Shown: in pieces, positions 32,545 through 40,778 of the stretch
Position numbering within the stretch: the stretch's first letter is position 1
Layout of the letters: each line of letters opens with the position of its first letter
Virus record (IMG/VR): IMGVR_UViG_3300020045_010158
Coordinates: 1 to 40,778 of that record
Source of the DNA: a virus
Lineage: Duplodnaviria; Caudoviricetes
Strand: one strand, 5' to 3'
Length of the DNA stretch: 40,778 nt
Translations under genes and position numbers: made by a program
The notes under the pieces: model-generated
Told to the model about the DNA's origin: nothing
The model's database searches: none
Seen by the model: the letters and a program-made list of their open reading frames with translations, nothing else

Positions 32545-32581
32545 TACAATATAATTGTATATTAGTGAAGCATGTTGTCAA
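32545..32581 (-). promoter_or_regulatory. Sigma70 promoter with overlapping palindromic operator
   Basis: TTGACA (32581-32576), 16 nt, TACAAT (32559-32554); inverted repeat TACAAT-ATA-ATTGTA at 32545-32559. Confidence 0.7.
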
Positions 32582-32593
32582 GAAAAATCACAT

Positions 32594-32809
32594 TTATTTT
32601 TTAGCGATGTATTCGCGCTTCTGGTATACACTATCTCCCGCCGAGGAACGATAAATTTTTTGTAAACGCACGCTTAAATCCGCCGGGATATCTCTGCCTA
32701 AAATTAAAAGATTTTTAACGCGCCCCATAACAATTCCGTCTTCGCCTTTTGGTCTGTATCCGTCTTTTTCAATCCACATCACAAGTTCTTTTGCTTTCTC
32801 GTATTTCAT
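32594..32809 (-). CDS. Hypothetical protein
   Basis: RBS AAGGAG. Confidence 0.6.
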   Translation of the reverse strand: MKYEKAKELVMWIEKDGYRPKGEDGIVMGRVKNLLILGRDIPADLSVRLQKIYRSSAGDSVYQKREYIAKK

Positions 32810-32966
32810 ACTTTCTCCTTATGGTTTCGAGGACTCTTTCGAGTATTGTGTTGATTCTTTCAACTGGCTGGTTAAGAATTGGTCTATTCTGTCCGTCTGG
32901 ACTATCCATATTTTCTGTGCGTTGAACATTTTGCATATCATCCTCAGTTTCTGTTTATCTTCCGGG

Positions 32967-33863
32967 CTAATCTTTATATCGTTCAACTTCGACCTCCTTG
33001 ATAAATGCGGGGTCAGCGTTGGAGAATGCGTAAAATTGCGGTTCAAATTTCAGGTCTACATATCCGGTTGAGCCGTCGCGGTTTTTTGCAATAAATACTT
33101 TATAATGACTAATATCTTTTTTCTCTGCGTATTTGTGCGGCCAGTGCAGTAACAGGATTAGGTCTGCATGTTCTTCGATAAACCCGGAGCTTTTGAGTTG
33201 GTGAGGTTGCGGTTCTACGGTTTTATCTTCATGGACTGTGCGGTTAATTTGGGAGCAGATTATACCGGCAAAGTTTTTTCGGATTGCCATTTCGCGGAAG
33301 TGGCGGATATATTCATTTATGTTTTCAAGCTGATTTTTGCCTTTGTTTGCGATTGATTGGATGTAATCAACAATTACAACATCAGGTTTTAAGTCTGTTG
33401 TGGACAAAAGCTCATCAATGTCCTGCCAAGTTTTTCCCAACATATCATTGATAATTAGAGGCACATTCTTAACGCCATGTTCAAACGAGTCTAGTTTTCC
33501 GATATCATCAGCTACTGCTCCGCGGAATGCGCGGATATTATCAAAGCGTTGTTGGTAACAGAACAGGCGCGCGCCGATTTTCTCAACGGTCATTTCCAAA
33601 CTTAAAAATAGCACTGTGTGTCCTTGGTCCGCCAAGTCAAATGCGACTTGGGTGGCTAAGGCGCTTTTTCCTTGGCTGGTTCTTGCTCCGATAACGGTCA
33701 TGGCTTTGCGCGGGATGCCCCAGATTTTCTCATTCAAATCCGGAATGGTTGTTATTTCAAGGTCTGGTTTCTTATTTCTTGATAACAAAAACTCGCGTAT
33801 TTCCGGTATTAGGTGCCGAAGATACTTGACTTCCGTGATCTCTTTGGTATTGGTCTGAGGCAT
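32967..33863 (-). CDS. DnaB-like replicative helicase (C-terminal ATPase domain only)
   Basis: Walker A GARTSQGKS; FLSLEM; Walker B VVIVDYIQ; SQINR; LKSSGFIEEHAD; AKNRDG. Confidence 0.9.
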   Translation of the reverse strand: MPQTNTKEITEVKYLRHLIPEIREFLLSRNKKPDLEITTIPDLNEKIWGIPRKAMTVIGARTSQGKSALATQVAFDLADQGHTVLFLSLEMTVEKIGARLFCYQQRFDNIRAFRGAVADDIGKLDSFEHGVKNVPLIINDMLGKTWQDIDELLSTTDLKPDVVIVDYIQSIANKGKNQLENINEYIRHFREMAIRKNFAGIICSQINRTVHEDKTVEPQPHQLKSSGFIEEHADLILLLHWPHKYAEKKDISHYKVFIAKNRDGSTGYVDLKFEPQFYAFSNADPAFIKEVEVERYKD

Positions 33864-34095
33864 TTTTAATCTCCTGTTCGTATAATTTAATAATAATATA
33901 TATAGGGTCTGCTAAATCAAAGCGTTTTTCAGCCATTCTAGCCAGATACCGCAGGCGCATGTGAGCAAGCTCTGTTTTGAATTTTGTTATATAATCCAGA
34001 TCTTCTTGTTTATATTGGTTTAGATCCACCGCTACAATGCCCTTCTTTTTGGCTAGGTTGCCATTTCTAGCCACTTTTGGCGGTTTAAACACCAC
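33772..34095 (-). CDS. Hypothetical protein between initiator and helicase
   Basis: ORF position; start uncertain. Confidence 0.45.
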   Translation of the reverse strand: MVFKPPKVARNGNLAKKKGIVAVDLNQYKQEDLDYITKFKTELAHMRLRYLARMAEKRFDLADPIYIIIKLYEQEIKNASDQYQRDHGSQVSSAPNTGNTRVFVIKK

Positions 34096-34112
34096 AATAC
34101 GGGTTTTTGCTT

Positions 34113-34760
34113 CTAAACATGTGCTTTTTCATCCCGTAAAGCCCAATTCAAAATAGTGTGATAATGTGATTTGTAGGTGTTTTCTTTCCCAAACTGCAAC
34201 ATATAATTGTTTAAATTGTATATTTTCTTCTTGGTTTCTTCTTCGCCAAAGCGGGCTACAAGTTTTCTATGCTCTTCTTGGGATATATAAACGCATGTGA
34301 GGTGTAGATCCTTGCCCTCACGCGGGTCTTTTTTCGGTTTTTTGGTCTTGCTATATATATTTTCTTTTTTAATTATATTTTCATTTTCATTTTCATTTTC
34401 CATATGAGTGTCCATATGAGTGCTCATATGAGGATTCATATGAGCTTTATTTGTGGTAAAAGGTGAATTATTCTTTCTTGACTTTGTCCAATTACGGCGT
34501 TTGATAATCTCATTTTCGAGTTTTTCATTATAAAAATTCCCTTCTGTATCTGTTTTAAACTTAAATTTAAGCTTTTTATCCCACAATTCGATGTCAACCG
34601 ACAAAATTGTTTCAATATCATCCTTACTTAACCGTCTTGGGAATTGGTTAAATTGAGCCATAAGGAGGTCCATATAGGCTCCTTTATGGTGGCGGTTGAA
34701 TGTCATGGTTCCTCCAAGCCAGTCACCTGGGTAGAACAGAAATGCGGGGTCTTTAGCCAT
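34113..34760 (-). CDS. Phage replication initiator (YdaU/DUF1376-like N-terminus)
   Basis: MAKDPAFLFYPGDWL...GAYMDLL; ENENENE linker; C-terminal YKSHYHTILNW; internal iterons. Confidence 0.8.
   Translation of the reverse strand: MAKDPAFLFYPGDWLGGTMTFNRHHKGAYMDLLMAQFNQFPRRLSKDDIETILSVDIELWDKKLKFKFKTDTEGNFYNEKLENEIIKRRNWTKSRKNNSPFTTNKAHMNPHMSTHMDTHMENENENENIIKKENIYSKTKKPKKDPREGKDLHLTCVYISQEEHRKLVARFGEEETKKKIYNLNNYMLQFGKENTYKSHYHTILNWALRDEKAHV
34378..34444. repeat. Putative replication origin: four CATATGAG iterons at 12-bp period next to a (TTTTCA)n AT-rich tract
   Basis: Copies at 34401, 34413, 34425 and 34437 inside the initiator gene. Confidence 0.7.
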
Positions 34761-34851
34761 TGTTTAGTCTTTCTAAAAGGTTCGACCAGACATTACCGAG
34801 AGGTTTTAATCTCTAACGCTGGTCAGCGCGGCAAGAGGTCTGGTCAATAGA

Positions 34852-34891
34852 ATAAAAAAAGAAATCCCAGCCGGTTTAAAAATCCGCTGGG
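34852..34891 (-). terminator. Intrinsic terminator/attenuator in the early leader
   Basis: Minus strand CCCAGC(GG)...(CCG)GCTGGG stem followed by ATTTCTTTTTTT. Confidence 0.65.
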
Positions 34892-34932
34892 TTTGTTAAT
34901 TTGTGATAACCTCTTTTGCTGACCATGGCTTA

Positions 34933-34960
34933 ATATTATCATTTTCATTTTCTGTGTCAA
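34933..34960 (-). promoter_or_regulatory. Early leftward sigma70 promoter
   Basis: TTGACA (34960-34955), 16 nt, TAATAT with extended -10 TGA. Confidence 0.6.
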
Positions 34961-34993
34961 GAGAATTTAAAAATATTTTGGAACACTTGTCTA

Positions 34994-35019
34994 TTACACC
35001 AAATGGCTGTTTGGTGTAA
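34994..35019. promoter_or_regulatory. Perfect 10-bp inverted repeat in the divergent control region
   Basis: TTACACCAAA-TGGCTG-TTTGGTGTAA. Confidence 0.55.
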
Positions 35020-35182
35020 GTTTCTTCAAAAACAATTTCATAAAATTTTTTACACAGAAAAATAAATTGCTGTTAATATTTTATCAGGCAAAAGAATCGC
35101 GCCTTTTATATAGATTATTTCAAAATCCTCGTCGAGGTGTGTATGAAAAAGTCAAAGAAGAAACGCAAAGGCGGTTATTAAA

Positions 35183-35650
35183 ATGCCAGGCGGTCGCCCA
35201 CCAAGATTTAAAAATCCAAAAGATATGGAAGTTTTAATTGACAAATATTTTGTTGATTGTCCGGATTATCGGCAAGTTGTCAATGAAGGGATTGTCACGC
35301 GTGTTCCGTGTCCGACAATTTCCGGGATGTGTTTATATTTGGGTTTTTGTGACCGCCATGCAATGTGGGAGTATGAAAAAAAGCCGGAGTTTTCCGCCGC
35401 AATAAAAAAAGCGCGTGAGAAGATTCGCGGAGTTTACGAGGCAATGTTGCATTCATCAAGTCCTACTGGAGCAATTTTCGCGTTAAAGAATTTAGGGTAT
35501 TCTGATCGTCAACCAGGTGAAGAGGGCGGTTCCGTTGTCAACCAAACAATCACAGTTATCTACGGGGCAGTTCCAAAAGCAGTCAAGGGTCAACAGGGTT
35601 CAAGTGCCGTTGCCGATATTCAACGATTCGATCAACCAGTGGCAGCTTGA
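35183..35650 (+). CDS. terS: Terminase small subunit (P22 gp3-like DNA-packaging protein)
   Basis: GGRPPRF, IDKYF, PTISGMCLYLGF, EYEKKPEFS, GAIFALKNLGYSD. Confidence 0.88.
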   Translation: MPGGRPPRFKNPKDMEVLIDKYFVDCPDYRQVVNEGIVTRVPCPTISGMCLYLGFCDRHAMWEYEKKPEFSAAIKKAREKIRGVYEAMLHSSSPTGAIFALKNLGYSDRQPGEEGGSVVNQTITVIYGAVPKAVKGQQGSSAVADIQRFDQPVAA

Positions 35651-37859
35651 AGTTTTGCGTGATTTCGACTCTAGTTTTTGGAGATTTGCTTTATTAAATT
35701 GGCATCGCCGGGCGCGCAAGAGCACCCTAGCGATAAACCTGCTTATCCGAGAATGCACGCGGTATCCAAAGCGTCGTTACGGGTATATCACCTCCACATA
35801 TACCGCAGCAAAGAATATTATTTGGCGTGACCCACAGATGTTAAAGCGGTATTTACCTGAAAGTTTAGTTGTCCGGACCAATGAGAGTGAGCTTTATGTT
35901 GAGTTTACGAACGGTTCGATTTTGTCTATCCATGGGTCTGATAAGCCGGACAGTTTGCGTGGTGTTGATTTCTCTGGGGTTGTGATGGATGAGTTTGCTT
36001 TGATTAAGCCGATGGTGTGGGAAGAGATTATTCGTCCGATTATTGCGCAGTCTTCTGATAGGTGGGCGATGTTCACATTTACGCCGAAGGGTAGGAATCA
36101 CGCGTTTAAGTATTGGACTAGGGCGAAAGATGAGATTGGCTGGCGCAGGTATGAATTAAAGGGTGAGCAGAGTTTGATTATCCCGCGTGAAGAGTTGGAT
36201 GCGTTAAAAAAAGAGATCCCGGCGCGCACATATGCCCAGGAGATTCAGTGCTTTCCAAAAGGAACAGACATCATAACAGCAGATGCTGTGAAGGATATTT
36301 CTGAGATAGTTGTTGGGGACTTTGTTTTAACGCATTCAGGTAGGTTTAGAAAGGTTCTGAGGACTCATTGTAGGCAGTATGAAGGAGACATGTTGAAGGT
36401 TTCTAGTTATGGCAATCCAAGAGATATTATTTCTACTCCTGAGCATCCCTTTAGAGTTTTTAAGAATAAGAAATGCCACCATTGGGTTAATGCTCAAGAC
36501 TTAAACTTAAAGGATAGATTAGTCTTTCCAAGGATTTTAAAGGGAAATTATAAGATAATATCAGAAGGATTGACCAAGTTATTAGCGTGGTTTATATCTG
36601 AGGGAAGTTTTAGTAAAAGCAATGTTTGTTTTAGCTTAAATATCAATGAATCCTTAGAGAGGGATGAGATTGTTGGTATCCTAAAAGAGATAACTAATAA
36701 AAGAATACAAGAATATATTGCGAATGGAAGTCGCACAATAACAATAACCGACTGCGAATTAGGAGAGTTTCTTGTTAAACATTGTGGTAGTGGTGCAAAA
36801 AACAAGAAGATCCCATTTAGTTTAATAAAAGGGCATGAAGAGCTGTTTTATAATACTCTGATCCTGGGAGACGGTTGTAAGGTGACAGAACAGCGGGACA
36901 CATATGTCACTGTCTCAAGATCATTGGCTTATCAAGTTCAATTATTAGCACATTGTATTGGATATAAAAGTGGATTTTGTATTCAAATAAAAAGACCAAG
37001 TAATATACGGGGGAGGGTAATTAAAGGTGGTGGGGAGTATTATACAGTTAGGATTGAGAAGTCAGAGAACAAGAAACATCTAAAAATTCAGAGACATAAA
37101 TACAATATCTCAGCGCCAATAAACAAGATTGAGAAAATACAATATTCTGGTTTGGTATATAATTTTGAGGTGCAAAACGATAATAGTTACACAGCCAATG
37201 GCAGATCAGTGCATAATTGCGAGTTCAACGAAGATTCGGCTGGCGTTTTTCGCGGTGTTGATAACTGTGTTCATGGCTCGTTAAAGGGCAAAGAGCTTGG
37301 TTTGACATATGTGACAGGTGTTGATTTGGCGAAGAGTGAGGATTATACGGTTGTTTTGACAATATGCCGTGAGACACATGAGGTTGTTGCGATGCAGAGG
37401 TTCAATCAGATTGATTGGTCTGTGCAGAAGGAACATATTATTGGTGAGACAAAGAAGTATAACAGCATGGCAGTTGTGGATGCGACAGGTTTAGGCGATC
37501 CGATTGTAGAGGATTTAATAAAGTCCGGGGTCAATGTTTTGCCGTATCATTTAACATCGCCATCCAAAAAAGAGTTGATTGACAGGTTGGTTATTGCCAT
37601 TGAGCAGCGTTTGATTACATTCCCTAACATTGAAGTTTTGATTGATGAATTAAAAAATTACACATATGAGATTTTGCCGTCACGGAATTTAAGGTATACC
37701 GCGCCTGAGGGCATGCACGATGATTGTGTTATTGCGTTGGCTTTGGCGGTTTATGGTATGCGCAATTTTATGTATGGCAAGAGAATTGAGACGAAGCCGC
37801 GCAGGCGATTGCAGGGGTCAATGATTGACAACGCGGGGGTTTCTTTTGCGAGTGCCTAA
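35517..37859 (+). CDS. terL: Terminase large subunit containing an intein (true start probably GTG 35604 or TTG 35610)
   Basis: HRRARKS Walker A variant; SLRG..VVMDE Walker B; FTPKGRN; GVDLA and HDDCVIALALA nuclease motifs. Confidence 0.93.
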   Translation: MKRAVPLSTKQSQLSTGQFQKQSRVNRVQVPLPIFNDSINQWQLEVLRDFDSSFWRFALLNWHRRARKSTLAINLLIRECTRYPKRRYGYITSTYTAAKNIIWRDPQMLKRYLPESLVVRTNESELYVEFTNGSILSIHGSDKPDSLRGVDFSGVVMDEFALIKPMVWEEIIRPIIAQSSDRWAMFTFTPKGRNHAFKYWTRAKDEIGWRRYELKGEQSLIIPREELDALKKEIPARTYAQEIQCFPKGTDIITADAVKDISEIVVGDFVLTHSGRFRKVLRTHCRQYEGDMLKVSSYGNPRDIISTPEHPFRVFKNKKCHHWVNAQDLNLKDRLVFPRILKGNYKIISEGLTKLLAWFISEGSFSKSNVCFSLNINESLERDEIVGILKEITNKRIQEYIANGSRTITITDCELGEFLVKHCGSGAKNKKIPFSLIKGHEELFYNTLILGDGCKVTEQRDTYVTVSRSLAYQVQLLAHCIGYKSGFCIQIKRPSNIRGRVIKGGGEYYTVRIEKSENKKHLKIQRHKYNISAPINKIEKIQYSGLVYNFEVQNDNSYTANGRSVHNCEFNEDSAGVFRGVDNCVHGSLKGKELGLTYVTGVDLAKSEDYTVVLTICRETHEVVAMQRFNQIDWSVQKEHIIGETKKYNSMAVVDATGLGDPIVEDLIKSGVNVLPYHLTSPSKKELIDRLVIAIEQRLITFPNIEVLIDELKNYTYEILPSRNLRYTAPEGMHDDCVIALALAVYGMRNFMYGKRIETKPRRRLQGSMIDNAGVSFASA
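36249..37217 (+). mobile_element. Intein (323 aa) with LAGLIDADG homing endonuclease in TerL
   Basis: N-junction Q|CFPKGT; block B STPEHPF; LLAWFISEGS and LILGDG motifs; VYNFEV...SVHN|C at the C-junction; AT-richer than the exteins. Confidence 0.95.
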
Positions 37860-37963
37860 ATTAGTTAAGTATTTTTTCTTAATGTTTCTATTTTGGTATG
37901 CGTGGTGTCGGATGATAGGTTGGATGTCAGATCAAAGGGAGTATAACGAGAAGGTATATCGCG

Positions 37964-40096
37964 ATGAATTATAAGAAAGATCAGATTCCAGAAGGCGAAG
38001 ATTATATAGTCCGTCCGCAGACGCCGGAAGAGCGCGAGCGATTAGACGCAACGGAAGATGTGCCTGAGTATCGTATTCAAATGAAGCTGGTTGAAGAGCA
38101 GAAGACTCGGTTAACGGACAGTTTTTTTCTTGAGTTTGATGCGTTAAAGCGTGAGCGCGAGGATTTGGGTCTGGAAAAGAAGTGGAAAGAGCGCGACAGC
38201 CAGTATGACGGGACGCTGGAGCCTAATAAGCAAATGCCGTTTAATTTGCATATGCACCAGAGCAAGATTAAGACCGATGCGATTGTCCGGGCTATTAAAG
38301 AGGCGTTTTTGGATAGTGAGCCGATTGTTGATATCTCTCCGCGTCCGGAAGCTAGCCGGAATGATGGTTATGTTGTGGCGCGTAAGCAGGCTGAGTTTAT
38401 TGATTATGTTATGGATGAAGAAGTTAAAATGGAGTCTGCGTTTGATAAGGTTGCGAAGTCTGCGGTCAAGAAGTTTGTTGGTATTATGAAGTTGTGCTGG
38501 GCATATCGCAGGGAGACGCGTAAGCGCGAAGAGTCTTATCAGGGCGAAAACATCCCGCTTGATATTGTTAATGGCAATTTGGTTATTAAGAATGAAGGGT
38601 TGGAACAGTTCTTAAAGGTTTACCCTGACGCGATGGATAAGCATAAGGCGTTGGTTAAGCAGTTGATGGAAGAGAAGAAGATTGATATTGTTGTCCGGTA
38701 TAAAGACACGATTGAGAATAATGCAAAGCCGAAATATGTTAAGGTTGAGGATTTTTATGTTCGCAATGCCACGGATTATTGGGATGGGTTGCGCACCGAG
38801 CATTGTGTGGTTGAGCGCGTGCAATATACATATTGGGAGCTGTTAAAGAAGCAGGATGAGGGTGAGTTTGAGAATATTGAAGCCCTGTTTAATTCTGATG
38901 ATACCCAAGGGCAGGAAGGCGAAGGGAAGCTGTCTCCGGACTACAAGACAGCAACATATGATATTCTGGAAGGCACATATTACTTTAAATTAAAAGAGAC
39001 GGATAAAGAAGAGGTTAAGATTAAATGCTGGTTTGGTGAGCAAAAGAAAGCTTTTCTTGGCGCCATCTTGTTTCCATATTACGCATTTGACATTGATTAC
39101 ATTCCTTTCTATGTTGAGCTAAATGATTATGGGTTTTATGGTGACGCGCGCAGTGTTATGAGCAATCTGCGTGACAGCAATATTGCCCAGAATGTTTTAT
39201 TGAATTTGGCTTTATATGGTCTTTATATCCGCAATTCGTTGACTCCGATTGTGAAGGAAGGCTCTGAAGTTGAGGCAGCGTTTACGAATAAGACATGGCG
39301 GGTTGGCGATCCTCTGGTGGTTGATGAGTTGACTGATGATGTGAATAAGGCGATGGACTTTGTTCAATGGCCGAATGTTGATATGAATACCACGCTGGTC
39401 TTGATGGAAATGCTCAAGCGTAATGACAGCGATGTGACAAAGGTCAGCGATTTAACATCCGGGCGTGAAAGCGTTATTGACCCTAGCGCACCGGCGTCCA
39501 AGACAATAGCGTTGTTGGAACAGTCAGGTTTAGGCGTTAAAGAGTATATTCGCACATTCCTCCCTTCATTTAACATTCTTTGCACAATGTTGTTACAGCT
39601 TTATTATCAAATGAGCCAAGAGGGGCATAAGTATAAGGTGCGCCGGAAAGCGGAAGGCGTGACTGGCGAAGATCCTTTTGCCTCAATTAGCCGTGATGAA
39701 ATGATTGTAAAGACCAATGTTCAGGCTCGGGCTTCCTCATTCGTCTTCGATAAAGTAAATGAAAAAGCAGAAGCGATTGCAGCTTTGAACTTGGTCTCAA
39801 ATTATCCTTACGCCATGCAGCAGCCGGAAATCCAATACGAGTCGTTTAAGATTGTTATGGAGACTATGGGGCAGAAGTGGCGGAATTTGGTTGATAAGAT
39901 GCTGGGTCCGGAAGAGTTTAAAAAGCAACAGATGATGATTGCAATGCAGGCGGTTCAGGCTCTTATGCAGCAAGCTCAGACACAGGCAAAGGTGACAGGG
40001 GTTTCTCCGGATATTGGTATGGAGCAAGTGGCAGATACAGTGACTCAGGCGCAGATGGTTGCGCATAACCCGGCATTAGCGGAGCCTAAGAAATGA
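37964..40096 (+). CDS. Portal protein
   Basis: 710 aa directly after terL; GIMKLCW, VEDFYV, FYG..V...LRD, TKVSDLTSG...KTIALLEQ pattern; Q-rich C-terminal barrel. Confidence 0.85.
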   Translation: MNYKKDQIPEGEDYIVRPQTPEERERLDATEDVPEYRIQMKLVEEQKTRLTDSFFLEFDALKREREDLGLEKKWKERDSQYDGTLEPNKQMPFNLHMHQSKIKTDAIVRAIKEAFLDSEPIVDISPRPEASRNDGYVVARKQAEFIDYVMDEEVKMESAFDKVAKSAVKKFVGIMKLCWAYRRETRKREESYQGENIPLDIVNGNLVIKNEGLEQFLKVYPDAMDKHKALVKQLMEEKKIDIVVRYKDTIENNAKPKYVKVEDFYVRNATDYWDGLRTEHCVVERVQYTYWELLKKQDEGEFENIEALFNSDDTQGQEGEGKLSPDYKTATYDILEGTYYFKLKETDKEEVKIKCWFGEQKKAFLGAILFPYYAFDIDYIPFYVELNDYGFYGDARSVMSNLRDSNIAQNVLLNLALYGLYIRNSLTPIVKEGSEVEAAFTNKTWRVGDPLVVDELTDDVNKAMDFVQWPNVDMNTTLVLMEMLKRNDSDVTKVSDLTSGRESVIDPSAPASKTIALLEQSGLGVKEYIRTFLPSFNILCTMLLQLYYQMSQEGHKYKVRRKAEGVTGEDPFASISRDEMIVKTNVQARASSFVFDKVNEKAEAIAALNLVSNYPYAMQQPEIQYESFKIVMETMGQKWRNLVDKMLGPEEFKKQQMMIAMQAVQALMQQAQTQAKVTGVSPDIGMEQVADTVTQAQMVAHNPALAEPKK

Positions 40097-40461
40097 TTGA
40101 TTTAAAGTCAGTTTTCACATCAAAGTCACAGCGTGAGATTGAAGCACAGCTCAAAGAAGCTGATAGAATGATTGATTTAACCGGCGATATTGCGCGCCAG
40201 TGCTTGGATTATGATTCTTTTAAAGCTTACCGCGAGACATATAAGCGCACAGAAGAGTCTATTGTCAGCACAATGATAACTTATACGAAGAATTTTGTTG
40301 AGTCTGATAAAGGCGACACGACAAAGTATGCGTTGACAATGGTACGCTTGTTGACAAAGCTCCACACATTGCGGTATTTATTGACAAGTATTGAAGCAGA
40401 TGCCCGGAAAGGACAAGATGGTGGCGTTCAAAGATCCAATCAAGAACGAGAGACAGTTTAG
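40093..40461 (+). CDS. Hypothetical helical protein after the portal
   Basis: ATGA overlap with the portal stop. Confidence 0.6.
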   Translation: MIDLKSVFTSKSQREIEAQLKEADRMIDLTGDIARQCLDYDSFKAYRETYKRTEESIVSTMITYTKNFVESDKGDTTKYALTMVRLLTKLHTLRYLLTSIEADARKGQDGGVQRSNQERETV

Positions 40462-40726
40462 TAAAGCTGTTAATGATATTAAGTCAAAGCCGGTAGTTAA
40501 AAAAGACCCGGCTGGCGATATTGTCACTAATCATGTTGCTGCGGCTGAGACTGTTATCCGAATTATTCAGTTGATTCCTATGGATGAGTGGATTAAACGC
40601 GTGATGATTATGCGTATTGGAAATCCTCTTATCAATCAAAAGCCAATGTCTCATATCCAGCTTTTGTCCCAACAATCTGAGCTTCATCCCGGGCTGATTT
40701 TCTCCCGCGCTCTTCCGCAGCTCTAA
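40418..40726 (+). CDS. Hypothetical protein; C-terminus probably an artefact of an inversion junction near 40660
   Basis: AAAGGA before ATG 40418; the sequence after PMSHIQ reads better on the minus strand. Confidence 0.4.
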   Translation: MVAFKDPIKNERQFSKAVNDIKSKPVVKKDPAGDIVTNHVAAAETVIRIIQLIPMDEWIKRVMIMRIGNPLINQKPMSHIQLLSQQSELHPGLIFSRALPQL

Positions 40727-40778
40727 TGTCTGCGTCATAACGCTGACCTTTTGCCCAATAAAGAATGTCTTTCACATC

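Larger units (their letters stand above)
1..40778. mobile_element. Tailed dsDNA phage or prophage genome segment (podovirus-like gene order), capsid module outside the window
   Basis: Terminase small and large subunits, portal, adaptor/nozzle-like genes, ejection proteins, RecT/YqaJ, initiator and helicase, dense overlapping ORFs in two divergent blocks. Confidence 0.95.

Noticed and set aside
32819-33046. Minus-strand ORF overlapping the helicase end
   Set aside because: A short gene probably fills this gap, but the start and function cannot be supported
37852-37974. Possible 40-aa hydrophobic ORF between terL and portal
   Set aside because: GTG start with a weak RBS and no recognisable motif
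382-40365. Numerous short opposite-strand or alternate-frame ORFs in the track (e.g. 382-618, 10834-11247, 17255-17599, 29592-29942, 31806-32183)
   Set aside because: They are shadows of longer genes with no motifs, RBS or promoter, unlike the two antisense HNH genes
1-40778. tRNA/rRNA genes, integrase, CI-like repressor, major capsid protein, alternative genetic code
   Set aside because: None was recognised by eye. Long ORFs are intact in the standard code, and the capsid module probably lies outside the window.

Overview
The window is most of the genome of a short-tailed (podovirus-like) dsDNA phage, probably of a diderm host (it has a spanin-like lipoprotein pair and a GH108 muramidase domain). 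Plus strand 1-26.5 kb carries virion accessory and tail-fibre genes, a membrane/lysis cassette, an adaptor, a nozzle, ejection proteins and a 2574-aa polyvalent protein. Minus strand 26.5-34.9 kb carries early genes: a Dam-like MTase, Lar, a PD-(D/E)XK nuclease, RecT/YqaJ, an RHH regulator, a DnaB-like helicase and an initiator with iterons. Plus strand 35.1-40.7 kb carries terS, an intein-containing terL and the portal. No major capsid gene or integrase is visible. Two features stand out. (1) At least nine tail or virion-accessory proteins, including the putative nozzle, start with Sec-type signal peptides, and several are very Cys-rich. (2) Two HNH endonuclease genes sit antisense and codon-aligned inside the signal-peptide regions of two of these genes. 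They leave the host frame open, and their sigma70 promoter and RBS read on the host strand as a new signal-peptide h-region ahead of a cleavage site. The insert could therefore be removed by signal peptidase instead of by RNA or protein splicing. All family assignments come from motif recognition by eye; no database searches were run.
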